A stretch of DNA of 64,000 nt from a virus (lineage: Duplodnaviria > Heunggongvirae > Uroviricota > Caudoviricetes). This document shows, in pieces, positions 1 through 14,000 of the stretch. The first letter of the stretch is position 1. Each line of letters opens with the position of its first letter. The notes under the pieces are model-generated. The model did no database searches. It worked only from the letters and a program-made list of their open reading frames with translations, and was not told where the DNA came from. The translations under genes and the position numbers were made by a program. The stretch covers positions 46,718-110,717 of the IMG/VR virus record IMGVR_UViG_3300028591_000002; one strand, given 5' to 3'.

Positions 1-2
1 CT

Positions 3-323
3 TATCATTAGAATTATATTGAAGCCCCTATCACACAAGCAATATAGGAACATAGAGCATATCAAGACTTATTTGATAATTTACAATTATAGCAGAATTT
101 AGACTATGATTTTGATTCCGATTATGAATATCAAAAATTAGTACAAAATTATCAAGATGCTTTAAATTCTGGAGATTAGGCTTCAGCTGATATTGCTTAT
201 AATAAAGCACTTTAGTATAGAAAATCTAAATAGTAGAATAAATACAATGAAACTTTGGATTATTTTAGAAGAATGAAGAGATTAAGACAAAGATTTCCTT
301 ATACTACTGTATATAGACCATAA
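3..323 (+). CDS. 3' end of a recoded (TAG=Gln) virion-module protein, truncated by the window edge
   Basis: Frame 3 is open from base 3 to TAA at 321-323 except for several TAG codons; reads as plausible protein (..YQDALNSGDQASADIAYNKALQYRKSKQQNKYNE..). Confidence 0.75.
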
Positions 324-328
324 AATAT

Positions 329-2122
329 ATGAAAATAAAAATGTATTAGAAAGGAGGGGGATTTGCTTCCTCCTTTACTCCCTTAAGTATATAGAATCCA
401 TATTAGGGCTTAGGATTATAGTTTCTTCAAAAACTATCTGGAGTTGGAGCTGCTACAAAAACACAATCATCTTCAGGAGCAGATTCTTCTTCATCTGGAA
501 TAGATGTAAAGGAAACTTTATCCTTATTAAAAAATATGGAAGGATTAGATTCAGATGTTGGTATTGCTATGAATTCTATAAGAAAATCCGCATTAACTAA
601 TAATTTAACAGGAAGTTCTAGTGCATTATCTGATTATTACAGAAATATTTAGATAATAAACAAAGTTAAATCTAGTAAAGATGCTTACTAGAAAGCATTA
701 GAAATTGTTAAAAGTAATGAATGTATGGGAGAAGCTGCTATTACTTCTGAAGGAAAAGTAGTGGTAGAAGATTCTTCTGGAAATTTAAAACAAGTAGAAG
801 CTTTAGAATACTTACACAATAAAGATAATTATAAGATTATAACTAATAATGCTCTATTACAAATGAGAGCAAACGATCCCAGAATGGCTTTTAATAATTC
901 TCTTTTAGAAATTGCTTAGAATGGTGTTGGTATGGATAAAATAATTAAAAGTATTAATACAATGATTTCTAGAATGGGAAAAACATCTCAAGAGGATTCT
1001 TTTGAAGATTAGGAAGTGCAAGAAGGAATAATTGCAATAAAAGAAGGAAAAATAGAAACTTAGAGGGAATAGGCTATGCTTGCTATTGAAGCTATATATC
1101 AAACCTTACCACAAAATTATAGAACTTTATTAAAGTTAAAATCAGATGGAACTGAAAACGGGGTTAAAAAGTTGATAGCTGATATAGTAGCAAGTAAGAC
1201 TTCTGTAAAAACTAAAGATACTTCAGAAACTTCTTCTTCAGGATCTGATTCAGAGTCTTCTCCAACATCCGCACTTTCTTCAATTAAGGGTGGATTAAAT
1301 TTAGATTCTCCGATGGCTTTAGCTTTAGGTATGGGATATCAAGATACAGTTGTTTTAAATCCTGGAACTCCTTATTAGATAGAAGCTTTAGGGGTTTATA
1401 ATGAATTTATAAAAGAAGGAAAGTCTATAGGTTCTAATTCTACTTTATAGGATGCAACTCAATCAGAAGTGAAAGGTCAATTAGATTTTAATTAGGCTAC
1501 GATGGGTGGTTCTAAACTTTCTGAATCTAGATTTGACAGAGTGTTGTTAAAAACTGGAGATTTTGTTGCTATAGATTTACCTTTAGATGCTGAGGCATTA
1601 AAATCAGGAAAGAAAATTCCAGATTTTAGACATTTAAAAGAATATTATGAAATCCAACAAAAAATTAAAAGTGGATAGGTTTCTGATCCTAATGAAATTA
1701 ATAGAATGTGTAGAGAAGCCCATCTTCCAGATATGTTTGTTGGAAATGAATTAAATACAAGGGCTTGGGGAAGATTTGCGGCTGTTAGAGGAACTGCTGA
1801 AGAAACTGCTTTCGAAAATCCTAAAACAGTTTCTTGGGATGACCCTACATTAATAAATGCTAGTGATAATGAAAGAGAAATATACGAAGAGCATATAGCT
1901 AAATTGTCCGGAGATAAAAAATATAAGATTCCAGGAAATTGGTTATTTGGATATAACCATCTTGTAGAAGGAACTATTTTTATACCTATTAGAACTGGAA
2001 TAATGGCTTCCACTATTTCTGGAAAACAACACTTAAAAGTTCCTGGAAATTCTGCACATGATGCTTATGTTAGGGATAAATTAACTGGCTACAGAAACCC
2101 AGGACCATTGACTTCACAATGA
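329..2122 (+). CDS. 597-aa recoded virion/cargo protein with N-terminal YQKGG motif and Ser-rich linkers
   Basis: ATG at 329; track fragments 725, 1076 and 1706 are all in this frame and separated only by TAG; ends TGA 2120-2122. Starts MKIKMY(Q=TAG)KGGG. Confidence 0.85.
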
Positions 2123-2123
2123 T

Positions 2124-5100
2124 ATGAATGACTATTTTTTAAATTATGTAACGAATCCAGAATTTAATCCTAGAGATTTTTCTTAGGTGGGACTAGATGC
2201 TACTAATACTTCTATAAAGCCTAAAAGTATCTATGAAGGTTTAGACAGTGTTCAAAAAATTCCTTTATTATAGACAAATGGAAAATTTGATTAGGATAAA
2301 TTTAATATAGCATATAAGAATGCTTTAGATGGATATAACGATTTAACTGCTCAAAAATATAATCAAAATGCTATAGATAATATAACTTATTTTAGAGATG
2401 ATATTTTTGCTCCTGTAGAAAAAAGAAGAGTTGGACCTGATTTTGTAGTATCTAAAGTTGCAAATCCAATGAAATAGACCACTGGATTTAGAAATTTTAA
2501 TGTTCAAGAAGAATCCAAATGGTCTTTAAGAGAAGTAGCAGAAGCAAATAAGGTATATGATCCAATTACTAAGAAATATTTAGATGTTTCTCCTAATGAT
2601 AGAGGGTTCTTTAAAAATTTATTTGATCCTTTAGTATTAGCTACTTGGGATTATGATGCAGATGAAAATGGTAATAAAACTAATGACCCTTCTAAAGTAG
2701 TTTATACAAAAGGAAGTCCTAAATATGATGAAGAAGGAAATCCTTATTATGAAAAATTAGGAGGCAGAAGTATTTATGGCAAACAAGTATTATCATCTTG
2801 GGATACTCTTACTGTAGATGGTTCTGCTTGGAATAAATTTGACTTTTTTGATGCTGATGACAAAGAATCTTCCACTACTAAAACTTTAGTAAGAGATGTT
2901 ATTAAAGTAGCTCCAGCATTTATACCTGGAATTAATACTTGGTATATAGGAGCTAGAGTAGTAATGAATATGGGGGATTTAATGGCTAAGGCTTCCAAAA
3001 TATTTACATTTGATAGTGATAATGCTACAGCTTCTAAAATAGAAGGAATGTTTTAGGGTTTATCTTTTTCTACTTCAGACTATAGTTCAGAACACACTTG
3101 GTCAGTGGAAAATATATTAAACCTTGGAGCAGATGTATTTACTCAATTAGCTGAGCAACGTTGGATATTTAAAAATATACCAAAATTATATGGTAAATAG
3201 GATATAACTAATGATTTAGAAAGGCAAAAATTTCTACAAGACGCAAGAAGTACTAGATATAAAGAATTATTAGCGGATTTAGAAAAAAATCCTTCTCAAT
3301 ATGCTTTAAGAACTACAGAAGACCTTATTGCTTCTGCAGAACATGCTGCTCAAAGAGACTTAGTTAATTTCTCTGATAAAGTTTCAAAGTTGGGAGAAAA
3401 ACTTTCTAAGTTATATATGACTGGAGTTACTGTAGCAGATTCTTATGGAGAAGCTAAATAGTCTGGTTTAAGTGATTTTGAAGCTGCTTTATTTACTTTA
3501 GGATATGCTTCTGGTGAATATTGGTTATTAAATACTGGAGTAGGAGAATAGATTCTTCCAGAATTAAGATTAGAGAAAGCTAGATGGCGTAGAGCTGCTC
3601 AAATATTAACTTCAGAAGGAAGACCCGAAATTTCAGCACCTAAAAGTGAAAAGTTAACTTGGATGCAGAAATTCTTTAACTTAGGAAAGATGGCTGCTAC
3701 GGGGGATACTTCTGAAGCTTCAAAATCTTTTGGAAAAAGATGGGCAAATACTTTAAAAGATATTTTTACTGGAGATTTGTAGGAAGCTTCTACTTTAGGA
3801 GGTTCTATGTTTAAGACAGCTTTAGCCCATTCTTTGGGAGAAGGTGTTGAAGAAACTTCAGAAGAATTACTATTAGACCTTTCTAAAACTTTATTTAATG
3901 CAGCTGCTTGGGTAGCTGGAAGTGATTCTAGAATGACTCCTTGGGAAAATATAGGAGACAGATATGGAATGTCTTTTGTAGGAGGTCTTATTGGTGGAGG
4001 ACTTGGAACTGGATTATCTGTTGATACTTTTAAATAGTTTCAAAATATCCAAAATATGGATAAAACATAGGCTTTTTAGGAATTAGTTCATTTAGTAAAA
4101 GAAGGTGAAGGAGAAAATTTTCTAAAAACTGTTAATAGACTTACTTTAGGTAATAAATATTTAAAATTCAGTGGAGATGGGGAAGTTGTTGTTGATAAAA
4201 ATGGAAATGTAGAGTATGCTTATCAACAAGGAGATTCTTAGGATAATATGGATTTAACCTATAAAAAACAATTAACTAATTATGTGTAGGCTATAAATGA
4301 TATATTAACTACTGAGGGTGCCAGAATTTCTGATGATTCTCTTATTTCTAGATTTTTAGGAGATTTAAAAATGTCTAAATTAGCTAATTCTAATTTAGCT
4401 GGGTCTTACTTATAGGAATTTAATTCTGTAATATCAAAGATAGTTAATCTATCAATTCAATTGAGAAATCTAAAAGAGGGAGGTTCAGACTCTCAAGATT
4501 CTAAGAAAAAAGAAGAAAATGCGGAACAAATTTCCAAATTAGAAGCTGAATTAAAAGAAGCTAGAGAATTAAAGGAATCTTTTTTAGATGGAACTAAAGG
4601 TGCTGCATTTGTAAGACAGGCATTATTTGAAATGCTTGATAGAATTTCAGAACCTTGGATTGATACTAATTTTATAAGTTACGCAGAAAAAGCAGAAAAG
4701 AAATCTATAAAAGATATACCTGAAGCTAGATTAAAATAGCTTAAAGAAAAATGGGATATTATTGTAGGGGGAAGTTAGGTTGATAAAATACGTCAAATAG
4801 CAGATATTTTTGAACTAAACAACAGAAATATAAGTCAGCCTATTAAAGACTTTATAAAATAGTATTTTGAAGAAGAAACTTTGTTAAGTAAGATAGCTAA
4901 GAAGTATAATTCAAAATTAATGAATTTAAACTTTCAAGCTGCTTAGGGAAAGATAACTAATGAAGAATTTCTAAAGAATTCAAAGGAGTTCATAAAAGGA
5001 GATGAATGGTTATTTGCAGAAGCCCTTGCTGAATTTACTGGAACTGAAAATATTGTAGACAATATAAAAAATCAAATATTAAGTGCAGACGACTTAAAAT

Positions 5101-8100
5101 CTGAGGATATGTAGTTTACTCCAGAATAGCTACAAGATTTAATAAATACCATACAATTTCATACTGGAACTCAAATTACAGACCCTTTTACAGAAATAAC
5201 TGATGAACTTTTACAAAAAACTTAGAAAGGAAGATTAGAACAATTTATAGGAAATACAATAGTAAATAATTAGAATAAACTATTAGAAGATTTTAAAAAT
5301 AGTCAATTTATTTCTCCAGAAGTACATGATTTTATAAGAAATCTTTTAAATAAATTTAATTTTGATGAAGTTCTGAAAGGATAGCTTTCAGCAATTATGA
5401 AAGATTTGAAATATATTCCAATACAAGAACTTCTAGATTTTTATTCAGTAGGATTAGGGGGATAGAAAATAAGTGAAATCTTAGAATACTTAAGAAATCA
5501 AATTAAATTTCTAAATAAGTCCGGAAATCTTCAAGAATTTGGATATGATGGGAAAGTAGAAGAACAAATAAAATATGCCCATCAAGTTATTTAGATGCTT
5601 GGCTCTCACATTTTGGCTGCTAGAACAGATGAAATAAGTTTAGGAAATCTTTGGGGTTATAATGCAACAGTAAATAAATTAGATAAAGAGGCTAATTTAG
5701 CTGAATTAACTAAGGAATAGGCTAATACTATTTTATATAATTTAAATAATTTTGATAGAGAACTTACTTTTTATGAAAATTTATTCAAAGTAAATAGTGG
5801 TCAAAAATTATCTGAATAGGCTAAGATTAATACTAAAACTCATGTATTATTTGTTAAAACATTAACTAATATAACAGATACTGCTCCAGATGATTTGGAT
5901 GAAATGAAAGCTTTAAAAAAGGTTTTAGATTCCTCTATTTTAACTAAGTCCTTAATTGATTCTGAAGAACCTGATTATTATTTATCTGAAGAAGACCAAA
6001 TTAAATTAGAAAAAGAAAGACAAAATATAGAATCTGCTTTACATAATTTATTAAATGTAAAAGATTTTGATTTAGGAATTTTTATAAATTCTTAGAATTT
6101 TAAATTTATATAGGCTAATAACCAAATCTTAAATCTTGAAACAGAAAATGTTTCTCCTTAGAATTTTATAGCTTGGTTAGCCTTCACGGCTGCTGTAGAA
6201 CCTAAGGCTTTTTATAGAGATTATATTGACTCTATAGCAGAAGATTTTGCAGCAATTCCAGGACAAGAATTTGCTTTAAAAACTTCTTTAGCATTCTTGT
6301 TAAATCCAGATAAATTTTATAAATTTGGAGACAAATATAATGAAGTAGTTGAAAACGAAATTGTAAATCAAGAAGATGATGATGTCGATAATAATTCGGC
6401 AGTAGGGTTTGATAATCTTAAGCAATTCCCAAAAGATTCTGACTCTTATTTAAAATATTTACATACTTTCTTAATTGAAGGAATTGCAGGCTCTGGAAAA
6501 TCTACAGCAATGTTTTCTTTAATTTTAAGAATTATTAGAAATAGTGAATTTAAGGATAAACTTCTTAGTAATGTTTGGATTGTCCATGGTGTAGAAGATC
6601 CAGGAGTAATTGATACTAATTCAGAAGAATATAAAAATGGAATAGCAGCAGGTTTCTCTGAAAGTGATTTATATAATGGATGGAGAGCTTATCTATTAGG
6701 GTTAAAATTAGGATTTACTCCAGAAGAACTAGTTGGTAAGTGTTTTAATAGAGCATCTTATCTTAAGAAAATTTCAGTTGGATATAATAATTGGAAAACT
6801 GATAAATAGGGAAACATTTTATACGATGGTATAAAACTTAGAACTAATTCAGATACTTTAACAACTGTATATGATGTTGAATTAAATAAGAGTATTGAGT
6901 CTCCTTCAATGATATTAATGGATGAGGTGACTAGATTTTCTCCTTAGGATTAGGAATTATCAGAGAGATTTCAAATTGAAAGAAATATTGCAGCTGTAGC
7001 TGCAGGAGACTTTTCTCAATTATGTGCTCAAGGAATACTTAAAACTGGAGACGATGCAGAGATTTTAAGAAATCATAGAAATAATTTCTTTTGTAGTCCA
7101 AAATTAGGAACAGCTTTAAGACCTAATAATAATCTATAGGATTAGGCTACAAAAATAATTAGAGAAAGTCTTGTAAATCCTGATATTACTAGTTAGTATA
7201 ATGCTTTTTTTGAAGCTGCAAAAGACTTTTATGCTTCTAATGATGCAGAAGGATTAAATGAAGTAGAAAGCATTAAAGTCCCTTATTATGAAGAAGAAGG
7301 TAAAGGTTTGTATGGACTTAAGATAGAATCTAATGATGTAGTTTATTATGAAGGAGAACTCTCTGATGAAGAAAAAGCTAATTATGTATCAGAGTCTTTA
7401 TAGAAGTCTATAACAAATTTACTTAGAACTTTAAAACCAGGAGAACAACTTCATTATATCTGGGATGGTATTGAAGATTCTTCCGTTAATAATGGAGCTT
7501 TAAGAAAATTCTTAAGAAATTTAAATGAAGCTGGAGAGTTTAAAGGAAAAATAGACTTTACTAAAAATGGTGCTTCTCAAGGACAAGAAGGTCAATATTA
7601 TATCGTGGATTTAACTTTACCTGCTAAAAACGATATTTACGCTGGAGAATAGAGATTGGAAAACGAAGCTAAATTAGATTATTTAAAATATATCTATACA
7701 GCTGCTTCTAGAGCTACTCAAGGAACTCTTATTGTTACAGACCTTTCTTTGTTTGAATCTGAACAAGCAGATTTAATAGAATCTAATTTAAGTACTGAAT
7801 CCATAAAAGCTTTTAATGAGTAGAGAAAGAAAGTTCTAAATGAGTCTTTAGGAGATTTTAACGGGCATTTACAATTAGTTAATCCAATAAAAACTCAAGT
7901 CTCTACTGATTAGCCTGCTACAGATGTTGTAGAAAGTCAAACTGATACTTAGGCTGGTTCTGAGAATGGAGATGGTTAGAACGAAGACTTTGCTAATGAT
8001 AATAATATCCCATTTTTAAATCCAATAGAAAATAAGGATGATAAACATTATAATATGTTATTACATTCTATGCCAGCTAATGAATCTGGTTTAAGAGAAG

Positions 8101-11072
8101 TTGAAGTTGAAATAGAAGGAAAAATAGTTAGAAAATTAAAGAGAACTGAAGCGGATTATAAAAAAGGAGCTAAAAACTTAGGTACTAGAATTGATAATAT
8201 TCATGGATTAGTCTAGGGAACTATGGATTAGAATGGGAATATAGTAGAAAAGTCTATTTTATCTGGATTTGTAACTAATCCTTCTGATTTACCAGCTTTT
8301 ACATCTGATGATACTTTAGATGATTAGGATAAAGCTATAAAATTATTAGAAACAATTAGAAATTTAGGTTTAACTGAAGAAGATAAATCTCAATTAATAA
8401 ATAAATTAAATTATGCTTTAGGAATAAAATCTGGAGTTACCATAGGAGTAGATTATATGTTTAAATGTTCTACTCAATATCCAGAAAATGAAAAGAAAGG
8501 AAAAGAAACTAAACATAAAAGTCGAAAATTCTTTAGATATATACAAGAAAAAGTCTTAAATATATTTAGTTCAAAACCAAAACAACTAGAACCTAAGAAT
8601 AAAACTATTGATATGGTTATATATGCCATAGGTAAGGATGGAAACAGAGTAAATATGTTAGACATTCCTTTAGTTGTATTTACAAGTCCTTATACAATGT
8701 TAAATACTTCTGATTTTGCTCAATTAAAAAGCGATTTTAATAGTATTTATAATAAGGACTTGAAAAAGATGTTTATAGGTTTATAGAATAAAGCAAATAA
8801 GACTCCTTAGGAAATGTTAATGTTACAACATATTCAATTATTCTATTTAAATGAAGATTTTGTTCATTATTTTGATTGGGGAAATGATACTTTAGTATCA
8901 AGAGCACAACAATCTACTGGAATATTTACATCTTTCCATTAGAGAGGTATAGTAGGAGTTACTTATTAGGAAGAAGGTTTCGAATACGGTGGAAAATGGA
9001 TGACTTTAGATGAAATTAAACAAATTCCAGGAAATATAGTGTCTAATCAAGTATATGTTAATACAAAATAGGATGTTTATTTTGGAGAACCTTACGGAAA
9101 GAAATCAGCTATTTTAAAAGGACATCCATTTATTTTAGTATCTAAGGATTCTAGTTATGAGGCTTATAGTGATAAAGATAAAATGATGTTAAATGATTAT
9201 CTGGAATGGATTAAAGATCCTAATAAAAAACCTAAGGTATCTAGAATTTATGTTTCTTCTCCAAAATCTAATGTTGGACAATATATAAGAAATTTATCTT
9301 ATGTATATGAAAAGGGAAAAACTTCAGATTCTCAATTTGGTAATATGATTGCTTCTTTTAGAATTTTACAACTTATAGCTAAGGACAATTCTAATTTTGA
9401 TAAATCTTTAGAAAAGTATTTTTTAGATTAGAGAACAACTCCTGATGCTGCAAGTTTAGGAGAAGCTGCTTTTAGACCTACATGGAATGGAATTAAAAAA
9501 GGAATTTCAGAAATTAATAAATACATAGAAGAAAATCTAAAAGAAACTGGAGTTAAAGAACGCAATATTGAAGAATATGAAGTAATTCGAAAATTATTAC
9601 AGACTTCTATGGAAACTTTAGCTCAAAAAAATCCAAACATATTTAAAGCAATTATTCCAGAAAATGCCAATATACATAAATATGAAAAATCTAAAGTAAC
9701 TCTAAAGAATTATCTACAGCAAAAATTAGTAACTTTTGTAATGTTAGATAGTGAAATAGAAACTTTAGAGGATGGAAAAGAAGCAAAAGCTTTTATTAAA
9801 GCTCACAGTGATGTATTTGAAGACGATGAAGCAAAAGTAAAGGATAAATATACTTATGTTAAAGCCAAAATAGAGGCTATGAAAGCTGACCTTGATGGTT
9901 GGAAGACTTCCGAAGATACAGAACCTGGTATATATTATAATTTAAAATTAAATGAAGCAGGAAAAATATCTGATGAATATGTTCCAGTAAATCTTAGCTT
10001 AGTCTCTTATTATGGTGCTCCAATAAGAGTTAATGGTAAGTTAGATTCTCCATCTTTTACTTTTGATGTATTACCTCTAATTCAAGAAATTTTAACCACC
10101 TATTCCACAAAAGATGATACTACTGAATATAATGATTCTTTTTGGAAAAATATTAAACCTAGTGGTACTAATATGAAACCAAATAGGTTTAATAAACATA
10201 ATACTAGATTTTTATTAGGGGTTAAAATGCCTGTTATTCCTGAAATAAATCCTATTGTTGATTAGAATATAAAAGATATAGAAGGAAAACTTGACTCTAC
10301 AGTATTGTCTTTTTTAAATAATAGTAGTTAGGACCTTAATACTTTAAAACTTGAAGCTTTAAATAAGAAGATTTTATTAGCTGTTGATAATGGAAAAGTT
10401 GTAAAATATAGAAAATTAAGTTCTAATGAAACATATGATTCAGAACAAAATGGAAATTATGTTATAAAAGATAATACTGGAACATATTTTTATAGTGTTA
10501 AAGACTTAAGTGAAACTAATTATATTCCTAATGAAACAGAAAAATCTAAAGATTTTGAAAAATTAATGGAAAAAGTAGAAAATCTTTCCATAAGAAAAGG
10601 GGATTCTAAAATAGAATTTACTGAAAATAACTTAAATACTTTAATTCAATAGTCAAATACTTTCGAAGACTTTATAAGCAACATATTAGATCAAAACGAT
10701 TCTTCTATTTCTGATGAAGATTCAATAAAAGCTTTAAAGGAATATTATGATGAACAAAAATCTGCAGAAAAGGATAGTTTATCTTTATTCCCAATACCTT
10801 TAAAAATTGGCAGTGTAGAATAGGAATGTTCAGAATCAGATGTACTTTAGACATTAGTTAATTACTATGAAAATAATGTAGACGAAGAGAGTTTAGAAGA
10901 ATATAAATAGAATTAGAATGATCCAAATTTAGATAAACTCTTTGAAAGATACTCTACACAAATGGCTCTTAGAGAAGAAAATAAAGAAAATTTCAGACCA
11001 TATTTTGATAAAGTAATTCCTAAAATCTTTGATGAATCTGTTGATATTAATGATACTTATTGTAATACTTAA
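2124..11072 (+). CDS. ~2982-aa recoded giant virion cargo protein containing an SF1 (UvrD/RecD-like) helicase domain
   Basis: Fragments 3807, 4461, 5895, 6297, 8457, 9183 and 9609 share one frame. Walker A GIAGSGKS (6480-6503), Walker B LMDE (~6915-6926), AGDFSQL (~7002), SQGQEG (~7575), YTAASRA (~7695). GEGVEETSEE followed by a Gly-rich hydrophobic segment at ~3835-4020. TAA 11070-11072. Confidence 0.85.
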
Positions 11073-11077
11073 AAATT

Positions 11078-14000
11078 ATGAGTTGTATAAATTTAAAGGC
11101 TTTTAAAAGAGCCTTAGCTAAAAATATATATAAAGCAATAGACCCAACGTCTTAGCATATCGATAATGATATAGCTCAAGCTTTATTATCTCTAGAGAAA
11201 GAACTCTCTAAAGAGTATGGAACTGAATTTTCTAGAAAAGATTTAGTAGAAATCTTAGATAATTTACTAGAAAATCCGTTTTATACTTCAACAATTTCTG
11301 AAACTTTAGTTTTAGAACGTTTAAAAAGTAATTATAAAATAATTTTAAACCCTAAAACTAATATACAAGAGACTTCTGGTTAGAGTAAGCCTGCTAAGGC
11401 TGATTTTGATTCTAAAATAGAGGTAGGGGATAATTCATTCCTCTACCGATATTTTGGAACTTTTGCAGAAGTCAGAAATGTCTTTAAGAATAACTTTAAA
11501 CAAGACATAGTAAGAAATATACTTTTAGATTTAGAAAATTTTAAATTTGTAGATTCTGTAGAAAGTTTAAATGAAAATATAAGGAAGTTATAGGAATCTT
11601 ATGTTGATACTATTAAACAATATCTAGAATCTATAGGTAACGAACATATAGCTAAATAGATTACCCCTATTTACGACATTCAAAAAGTTAAAACAATAAG
11701 AGATGTGTTTAATCCTGAAGTTCTTGACTTTTTGTCGGAACATTGGGAAGTTGATGATAAACTATCAACTATAATAATTGATAAGAATAATTTAAAATAT
11801 AGAGCCTATTAGAGTTTTGTAGCTCTAATGACTTTTGATAATTTATTAAAATCTATTTTTGGAAAGACAATAAATATCGAAAGAGAAGGAGTTTTTGATA
11901 ATGTACATCTTAATAATTATAATATTGTAAATGCTTCTACCATGATTACTAAATGGATGGTAGATGATGATACATATAATGAAATTGAACAATTAAGTGG
12001 AGTAGTAAAATTATTAATTTCAACTTTTCCTAAATATGTCGGGGATAAATTAGACCCAGTTGGAAATTTAATGGATTTTAATGATGTTCAACAATTATAT
12101 TCTAAAATATTATAGTTAAGTAACTATTTTTCTACAGTAATTCCAGGAGATTCTGAAGTAGGTGTTTTAGATGAAAAACCATTAGCTATGGTTTCTCCAG
12201 ATACTCCTTTAAAAAATATAAAATTAACAGTTTAGGAAATAAAAAATTGGTTGGCAAACACTGTAGGAAATAATTTTGCTGAGTATTATGTAAATAAATT
12301 TGTAAGAGGTAAGAATTTATCTTAGATAATATCAGCTACTAGAACTAATCCAACTATAGGATTACCTATTTTATTTTATATATTAAATAGAAAAAGTGAA
12401 TGGTTATTATCTCAAAAATTAATAAATAATACTCAATATAATGCTTTAAAAGGTTTATATTATAATATTTTTGATTTATCTAACACAAATAGAGGTAATA
12501 ATACTATTCCTCCTTTAGTTTTATTTTCTTTAAAGCAAAATGCTGGAAGTACTTAGCATAATAAAAATTATTATAATAGTGTATGTCAAACTTTAATATC
12601 TTCAGCAGGAATTAATAGATTCTAGGAATCCTTAAAAGGAGATACTACTGGAGTTGTAAATATTAAAGATACGAAATAGACAATACAATTAAAATAGTTA
12701 AATTGGGAACTTAATGCTAAATATAGTATAAAAAATACAAGATTTTAGTATGGTTCTGAAGATATCTTTAATTATAGATTTTTAAACTCTGCAGAAAGAG
12801 GAGATAACAAACAACTCTTTGAAGTGAACTTTCAATATAATAAGAAAAATAAACTACGAATAACTTAGAATACGCAGGGAAAAATAACTATTTATAAAAA
12901 TGGGTAGGAAGTAACAGAGAATGTTGTATTTGATAAATCAGATTTAATATCATTACGTCCTTTTTTCTAGGAAGCATTAGGTTTAAATTTTAAAGATTCC
13001 CAGTTTACAGATATGTTTATTTTAGGGCAAAGTGGAGATATTAATAATGTAAATGGCCCTATAAAAACTCTATTAGAATTTATTATAGGTATTCTATATA
13101 TTGCAGAAGCAAATAGAACCCTTAATTCTAGACACGAGGCAGAAGCTGATACTTTTTATGATGCTTTTAAAAATCAATATTTTGAAGAAGGTTCAGCTAT
13201 TCCTTCTTTAAGAAAAGGCGAAGATGTAGTTCAAACTGATGTTATTACTAAAAAAATGTTTCCAGTATTACAATCTTTATCTGAAACTCAACAATTTTCA
13301 GAAGGAAGTAGTTCTGAGGGTACTGGAAAAAGTGGTGATGGTAGTTAGTTAGCTTTACAAGGATTAAATATGTTAGGAACTATTCTTAGAGAGTAGTTTG
13401 ACGAACAAAATTCTAAAGCAGATAGTGCAACTAAAGGATTTTCTATATTAAAAGCTTTTAATGGATTAACTATCAAAAGAGGGGTAGATTCTTGGGATGG
13501 ATTTAAAAATAGTTTAAAATTTAATGCTTTAGAACATTTTAGTTCTTCTTTCCTATATGATTTTTGGGCTTCTATAAATAAAGCATTAGAAAGTAAACAC
13601 CCAGAAAGAGAAATGATTTTAATCCATTCTGCAGTTATTTCTGATAAATCAAATATTCCTTACATATAGATTCCATTATCATTTTTTGGAAAAGTAACTA
13701 AAACTGGATTTAGTTTTCATTTAGATTTACCAAAACTTAAAGCTAAAATAGAAGAAGAATTTGGAAATTATTATTCTATAATGTGGAATAATATTGTAAA
13801 GGATTTTAAAGAACTAGGTGCAAATTTTAATCCTTTAAATAATTTTACTGGAATAAATACTTTAGCCAATTAGCATGCACAAGAAATATCTTAGATTCCT
13901 TAGAATTGGGCTAAATTACGAAAGAATTATATTAAAAAAGTATTACATGATGCTATTGTTGCTAAAAATTCTAAAGTAGAAATTATTGAAGGACTACATT

